A stretch of DNA of 63,980 nucleotides, counting the filler, from Vannella sp. (lineage: Eukaryota): the NCBI GenBank assembly GCA_023345925.1. It is 5 parts of 5 records of this genome, joined end to end, with 100 filler letters (N's around TTAATTAATTAA, not from the genome) between each part and the next. Parts side by side here need not be neighbours in the genome. Positions count along the whole stretch, not along the records: positions 49,893 to 61,071 come from JAJQQN010001244.1; positions 61,172 to 63,980 come from JAJQQN010000977.1; 3 more parts are not named here. One strand, written 5' to 3'. Below the pieces are notes generated by a model. The model was given only the letters and a program-made list of their open reading frames with translations. It made no database searches and was not told the DNA's origin. The first letter of the stretch is position 1. Each line of letters begins with the position of its first letter. A program made the translations under genes and the position numbers. Shown in pieces: positions 57,501 through 63,980 of the stretch.

Positions 57501-58571
57501 TTCTATGAGAGCACAGAAACCTTGGATGGTTCGGAAGCGTGCATCAACAATAAACTGTGAAAGAGCACTGACAGCGGCAAGAGTTCCTCCTTGGGAATTG
57601 CTTTGGAGGACTACCGTTTGGTTCTTGACCTTGATCATGTTGCTGATAGCTTTGGCAGAGTTGAGTGTGTTTCGTACCCTCCGTTCCCAGCGAGAGATCT
57701 CTGTGGCTCCCGTGGGGGTGAAGGGTTCCTGGAGGTGTTGGGAAGAGATGGCCTCGAGGAGCTCGGAGAGTTCGCCTTCTGATGCCAGGTACAGTGCAAT
57801 GGAGCTGGACGCAGAAGAATCTTCTACTAGGATGGATTGAACTGTATGAGGGTGAGCAGCAGCCTTAATGGCGCTCCAGTATTCAAGGACGTCCACCCCC
57901 TTCTCTGGGAGCACTGCTCCTCGGAAGATAGAGGTCCGGTCCACCAGACTACTCCAACAAAGTACTGGGAGTCTCCCACCCTCGACAGAGGCTGCTACCA
58001 CTTGGAGGGTTTTGTCCTTGATACCTTGAGGAACGTACAGAACATTGGGATAGAGAGGAATGGCGTGGTAGTTCGAGTTAATATCCGTTCTCCTCCATCG
58101 AGTATCCAGAGGTGAGTCTGAAAGGGAGGTGAAGTACTCAAAGGGAGAGAGAGGGGCCGTCGTGTTCGCCGAAGTGATAAACTCGCCTTCATCCAGAACC
58201 CTCAGGCGCTCGTTATCCAGAGGAGATAGATAGCAGCGGGGGCCTGTTTTGCATACACGAACTTGCTTCACAAGGGACTTGTGGAGCTTGTCAGGGCACC
58301 GAGAAGAGATAACGAAAGAGTGAAGCCCTCGCATTTGCAACGTGATAGACGAGGAAGCCCGCAGAGCACTTGCTTTCGACACAATGTAGATAATAGAGCA
58401 CAGAGGAACACTAATGAGCACACCTGAAGCCAGTTCGAAGAGAACACGAAAGTTGGTGAAACTCATCCTCGCCACTTCCCCATCCAAAAGCACCTCTTGT
58501 GCCAGCTTTGGTACCTTCTCACCCTCCACAAGGATCAGGGAACTAAGAGGAGCGACCATGTAGGCGCTCAT
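54544..58571 (-). CDS. Pats1-like Roco protein: PH-GRAM, degenerate myotubularin, LRR, degenerate Roc, COR; no kinase; 1 intron
   Basis: WRRTDINSNY...YPNVLYVP, GRLPVLCW, RFRTIQGFCALIEKEFVHFG, FILFLDCVW; LRRs; GPSSAGK; IFAGQ; IRYLHQTG, LDILW. Confidence 0.85.
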
Positions 58572-58746
58572 GTCCCAAACCAGGCGATCCGAAAAAGTAG
58601 GAGAGTCTTCCCTTTTCCGAGCGGCCTAAATCAGAGTTTGAGGTTAAAAAAGTTGTTTTCTGAAGATTTTGAGGAAGATGGAGCCGACTTGGAATTGTCG
58701 GAGAAGTTTCATTTCCTCATTCTCCTTTGGGAAGGGCGGTGTGGCT

Positions 58747-59755
58747 ATGGCACATCGAGACAGGACCAGAGACTTTGTGGAGATTCGGCTGAAGATCAGG
58801 CGAGACTCTTTTGGGCGCTCTGTTAGTGCGGAGCCTGTGGAGGGGTCGGATCGGTCGATTGGGTGGATGGAGACTGTTCATGACATCGAGTACGACATTG
58901 GACAGGTGGAACGGATGAGTGTGTACCCTCTCTCATGTAGCCTGAAAGACTCTAATGCGTGGGGGCTGTAAAGTGAACGAACTGAGCCGATGCCATCAAG
59001 AGCACTTGCTTCCTCAGTTCTCTGATGACGCCAGCTCCGATGTGGTTCATCAGATTGAAATCAAGACAGCTGAGATCACTAAGGCGAGTCTCATGAGTCC
59101 CTAGTGCGGGGAGATGGCTGACCAAGTGGCGTAGGGATACCAATCATCCTTTATGAAGATCAAGAAGATAGGACGGGGCGGCAAGTTCACACAAGATGAA
59201 GAGAGGATGAAAAAGAACATCCAAAACTCCCTGGCATCCCGCCTACAGGAGCTGTCTCTCAAGTTCAAGAGAAACCAGCGCGAATATCTGACCACTCTGC
59301 GAGGCTCTGAGCTTGGAGGGGACAGTGATGACCCTTTTGCACTTGACATAAGTCAAGTGCAGACTACACTGTCCCATGCACTGGTTGACGATGTCAGCTT
59401 CTCTCACAATATGGCAATGCAGCGGGAGGAGGAGTTACGCAACCTCCTCAAGTCCATTGAAGAGCTTAACAGCATCTTCAAGGACATCTCCATCCTGGTG
59501 ATCGAACAAGGCACCATCTTAGATCGTATCGACTACAACATCGAACGGGCGGACCACAATCTTAACCAAGCAGCTGAAAATCTTGATATCGTACGTTCCC
59601 GTTCCTGTTTCGAGCTCTTCCTCTTCTTAACCATTCCCTCACAGACCCATATGAAGGCCAAATCATCAAGAACGAAACAATGCATGCTCTTCTTGGTCAT
59701 TTGCGTTCTGGGCCTCGTTCTTGTGGTCGTTGCGAAAATCATTCTCGAGATCTAG
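58747..59755 (+). CDS. STX16: Syntaxin 16/Tlg2 Qa-SNARE, 3 introns (one GC-AG)
   Basis: N-peptide MAHRDRTRDF, LASRLQELSLKFKRNQREYL, IFKDISILVIEQGTILDRIDYNIE, C-terminal TM. Confidence 0.93.
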
Positions 59756-59836
59756 AACATAACAATGAACCGTTTATGCCCTTTCCCCCATTTGGCTCGG
59801 TTTCTGATTCCGGCACATTCCGGCATTCCCGCTCTG

Positions 59837-61071
59837 TTATTGCATGTCGCTTAGAAGCGGCTCACTGGAGATTCCCTGAAGGCTAAAGCGCACTTCGTTG
59901 GTCTTTGGTAAAGCTTGGTCAGTGACCTTCAAGGCTGGACCTTCAAGGGTAGCTTACCTTATCGGCACTGGAGATGGCGTTTCGGATGGCATCGCCCTTC
60001 TTTTGGTAGAGGACGATAGCTCCTGCACTTACAAGAGCCACCAGACCAACCAAAGTCACTAAAACTAGGCCGACGACCCACCAGTCACTGTCTTTGTTTC
60101 TGTGAGTCGTTTGTCTGCCATCTTGGTCAACATTGGCAGCTCACCTCCCACACTGGTGCCATCCTGATCAAGCTCAATCTGACCACGGATCTCTCCATTG
60201 GGATGGGCTTTGGTGTGAACATTGATGTACACCAAACCACTGCGGAGGAGGCGCGCTTGCTCCTCTGTGAGGACGGTTTTGCCTGAGAAGGAGGAATCCT
60301 TGTGGTTAAGTGTAACCATTACATCAGCATTCTCTCCTCGGCGGGCGGGAGCGTGGAGGTGCACTGCAGTGACGTCCTTAGCATCATGAGACACTTCGTA
60401 CTTGATCTCCAGCGACTTGGGGTCGAAAGTAACCTGTACATCGCCCTCAAACTTGGTGGTTACAATCGGAGGTACTTGTTGAGAGCCACTAATGTCCCCC
60501 CGGAAGTACTCTGAGAGAATGAAGGGTCAGGAATGGAGACGGGATCATGTTGTAGCGTACTGGAGGTGGTAAGGAGCTGTCCACGGATCTCTCCATTGGC
60601 ATGGTCTTTCGTGTGCAGGTTCACGTACGTGAGGCCAGCAAGAACCATTGATCCTTGGTCGCGAGTGAGTGTGGCTGAGCCCTTGATTCGTCCGTCTCCT
60701 TTCTTGCTGTATTGCGTGTTAGTGATCAAGTCTAGCGAGAGCTTGAAGGACGCACCTCTCTGCTTTGATGTCCACAAGGACGTCGCCATTGGCGTCCATC
60801 TCAGAGGGGCCATGAATGTGTCCCATTGTGACTCCGCTATCGAGGAACTGGTACTTGATGTCCCACTCAAGCTCCTGAGAGTCTGTATCATAGGAGAACG
60901 TTGCAGTCCCTTCACCCAAACTGGTGACCGGCGGGTTCTCAAAATCCCCATCCAACACAGCATCGAACTTCAAGTCTGATCCCAATCAGTCCCGCAGCCC
61001 CTCTCCCTTCCTTTCAACTCACCGTACGCGAGAACACACGTCAGAAGGGCAAAGAAAGCACCACACCAGAG
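59837..61071 (-). CDS. Type I membrane protein with two CHRD domains, 5 introns; start lost at gap
   Basis: GHIHGP...YVNLHTKDHANGEIRGQL and HLHAP...YINVHTKAHPNGEIRGQI; TM WWVVGLVLVTLVGLVALV; signal-peptide remnant. Confidence 0.88.
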
Positions 61072-61171
61072 NNNNNNNNNNNNNNNNNNNNNNNNNNNNN
61101 NNNNNNNNNNNNNNNTTAATTAATTAANNNNNNNNNNNNNNNNNNNNNNNNNNNNNNNNNNNNNNNNNNNN
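61072..61171. other. Artificial contig linker
   Basis: N-run/TTAATTAATTAA/N-run, 100 nt. Confidence 0.98.
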
Positions 61172-62984
61172 TGGCTTCACAGCGATGTATCAAAGTGTTC
61201 ACGCCCTTCAATCCACTGGCTGTTTACATTCCGGATCCTTTGTTCTCACAGCTCCCCAAGACCTGATTGGATGTGTCAGCTATGCCAATGGCGTTGAAGA
61301 GGAATGGCTCATTCTTGCCAAGTCAGTGGAGGAAGTTCTCGTCTTGACCTGGAATAGCTTCGACACGGAGAGTGGCCACGACTTTGTCTTCATCTTCGAT
61401 GGTAATAGCACCTCCTCTGAACTGGTGCTCCAGAAATCAGGGAGTGGCATACCAGAGGCTTTCTCTTCGTCCAGTCCCAGCTTGTTGGTGCGTTTTGTGG
61501 CGGATGCGAACAACAAACAAGGTTCTGGATTTAGCGCCATGTACCAGAGTGTGCCGTCTCCTAAGAGAGTGCAGCCATGCTACTCCCCAAAGAGCAACTA
61601 CCTGAATGAGAGTAATGGAATCTTAGGATGCAAAGGATACGAGAACAACATCCACGTGACTTGGCAAATTGCTGTACCAGAGGGATACCAGATAATGCTG
61701 CATTTTGACTATTTCGTGACCGATGGAAGGGATATAGTGTCCGTCTATGATGGACCCAGCGTTGGAGCAACTCTAATCGGAAGATATGCAGGCACCTTCC
61801 GTCCCTCGCCGTTGGCGTCAGGCTCGAACTATTTGTATGTCACTTTCACTTCCGACTCAAGCGCTAATCTTGGAGGCTTCACGGCCTCCTACACGTCAAC
61901 TTACAATGGAAATAACGCTATCTCATGCTTTAACTCCAAGCAAATGACCATTCATGATGATTCGGGAACCCTGGGATGCTCTGGATACGGCGGTGACGTT
62001 CAAGTCACTTGGGAGATTACTTCTTCACCCAATACTGTAATCAATATTGAGTTTAACAGCTTCCAAACAGAGCCAAATCAAGATACCGTTTCAATTTTTG
62101 ACGGGAGCAGTGAGAATGCACCTCTCCTGAGCTCTGTTAGTGGATATTCAAGGCCTGAGCCTGTGCGCTCAACTAGCAACCACATCTTTGTTGTGTTCCA
62201 CTCCGATGAATCAGTCCAATACGACGGTTTCGTCGCTTCTTTTCAAGCTCAGGCAGCTCCTGCAGAAGTTCCACCTTGCTTGGTATCTTCTTCTTTGACT
62301 ATTACTGAGTCGGCTGGTCAGTTTGGTTGCAATGGCTATACGAACAGCCTGGACTCGTCGTGGTTGATTAGACTCTCTCCGCAAAGTACAATCACTATGC
62401 GGTTCAATACACTTGACACTGAGTTATTCTACGACATTGTCAAGGTGTTTGATGGACCATCCTCTTCCTACACTCTGCTTGGCACGTATTCTGGACAGAT
62501 GAATGTCTCTTCACTCACTTCTTCCAGTAATGAGCTGTTTGTCACCTTCCACACCGATTCCAGTGCCTCCACAAGCTACCAAGGATTTGTTATTGAGTAT
62601 GTCTCGTTCATAGGCCAGTCAGAAGCTGCTTGTTCCGCGTCAACGGACCACATTCTCTCGGATCCAACCGGTTCCTTTGGCTGTGATGGCTACAGCGCCA
62701 ATGTACAAGTGACTTGGACGATCAAATCCTCCACAAACGTCTTTTTGAGCTTTGAAACGTTCGATACGGAGGCTGACTACGACCTTGTGACGATCTACGA
62801 TGGTGCAGATAGAACTGCTCGCGTGTTGGCCACTTACTCAGGCGATGGAGCTCCTCCCCCAGTCGTCTCTTCTGGAACAGTTCTGTTCCTGTCCTTCTCG
62901 TCTGACGCTAGCGTGAATCTGAGTGGCTTCCATGCATACTACGGCAGCGCCCCTTTGCATCATCAAGAGGCTCTCCGCAAATGA
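61172..62984 (+). CDS. Tandem CUB-domain extracellular protein (at least 5 CUB units); 5' end truncated
   Basis: Repeated C...GC.GY...W.I...F..FDTE..YD.V.IYDG...SSSN.L.V.F.SD.S....GF. Confidence 0.9.
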
Positions 62985-63186
62985 CTTGATACGCCCTGTA
63001 CACCGCCAGCTCGTGTGTTCACTCACTAAAGCCGCTGATGTTCTAGCTCCTCCTTTCGATCTATCCTTCAACGATCCAAGAGAACCCTCGCCAGCTTCCC
63101 TTTAGGGAGGACCGAACCGACTGCCTCGCACCCGATCTAGCACAGCGTAAGACCCAAAAAGGCCATTCCTCCCTTCAACAATCACG

Positions 63187-63226
63187 ACAGACAGAGAGAC
63201 AGACAGAGAGAGAGAGAAAGAGAAGG
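63187..63226 (+). repeat. GA/GACA low-complexity microsatellite
   Basis: gacagacagagagacagacagagagagagagaaagagaag. Confidence 0.6.
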
Positions 63227-63401
63227 GACACATGGATGAGGAGCTGTCTGGTGGGAGCCATCCAAAAGAGAATGTCTATGGCATTCAAATTAGATGTATG
63301 GTGAAGGGGGAAAGGGTGGTTGTTTGATCAAGGTGTCAGTTGGGAGCCCTGTTTTGATTGGCTCCTGAAGGGAGCAAAATATCTCCATTCCTTTCATCAC
63401 C

Positions 63402-63980
63402 ATGGGAGCCAACAACACCAAGGGTCTGTACCTGTGCGAAACTATCTACCCTCCTGAGGATGGGAGATCCTGCATTCCTCCTGAGAAGTTGCAAAAGGCC
63501 ATTCAGAAGGGAGAGATCCCCGCTCGTGACCCTGACGAGGAGGAGGATTTGGACGAGAACATGGATGAAATCATTGATGGGTGTATCCGTGAGGTGTGGC
63601 AGTACTATGACCCCAAGGCCGTCGGCTTCCTCAACAAGAAGCAGACGCAACAGTTTTTCAAGGACGCCCTGAACCTTGTCGCCCTCCGCAAGAACTGCAA
63701 GGTGAAGGACTTGTTCGCTGGACGAAAGGAGGGTGCTGCTATGGACGAGGCTTTCCGCAAGGTCAACACTTCCAACGATGGTAAAGTCAACTTTGAGCAG
63801 TTCGAGGAGTTCATCAACATGTGCGAACTGGATGAAGCTGTGGCCTTCCTTACTGGTGGCAATGCTGAGACTCAGATTGATACCAGCAAGGTCGAGTTGG
63901 TCGATAACTCCCAGCTCCCCTCTGGAGGCGGCCCCGTCAAGGGCAAGATTGAGTATCGCGACTACAGCGCTCTTGAGTAG
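63402..63980 (+). CDS. EF-hand Ca-binding protein, putatively N-myristoylated
   Basis: MGANNTK start; EF loops YDPKAVGFLNKKQ (degenerate) and NTSNDGKVNFEQF. Confidence 0.85.
   Translation: MGANNTKGLYLCETIYPPEDGRSCIPPEKLQKAIQKGEIPARDPDEEEDLDENMDEIIDGCIREVWQYYDPKAVGFLNKKQTQQFFKDALNLVALRKNCKVKDLFAGRKEGAAMDEAFRKVNTSNDGKVNFEQFEEFINMCELDEAVAFLTGGNAETQIDTSKVELVDNSQLPSGGGPVKGKIEYRDYSALE

Noticed and set aside
62943..63009. Possible third GC-AG intron at the end of the CUB gene
   Set aside because: Weak donor (GCAGCG) and no conserved downstream exon to justify it

Overview
This is eukaryotic, not prokaryotic, DNA: a very compact, gene-dense protist nuclear genome with short spliceosomal introns (mostly ~45-60 nt; GT(A/G)(A/C)G(T/C)-type donors, CTRAC/CTCAC-like branch points, YAG/AAG acceptors) and the standard genetic code. 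Gene content (Pats1-like Roco, Gap1/IQGAP-type RasGAP, RasGEF-SAM) suggests Amoebozoa, which is inference. The window is five contig pieces (1-15241, 15342-37094, 37195-49792, 49893-61071, 61172-63980) joined by artificial 100-nt N/TTAATTAATTAA linkers, so adjacency across linkers is meaningless. About 43 protein-coding genes were reconstructed by hand across introns. No rRNA, tRNA, CRISPR or transposon was recognised. The most interesting region is 16.4-29.4 kb, a run of six nucleic-acid-metabolism genes: a divergent XRN with a dsRBD-like insert, SMG9, an RS-domain poxvirus-VP39-type cap 2'-O-methyltransferase, a Cas4-like Fe-S nuclease fused to an SF1B helicase, NSUN2 and eIF1AD. Other highlights are a kinase-less Roco with two degenerate catalytic domains, an NBR1-FW/F-box/WD40 fusion, a frameshifted bacterial-type PARG, two GC-AG introns and a recurrent Inr-like TCAYTY motif in very short intergenic spacers. 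All family calls come from motif recognition by eye; no database searches were run.
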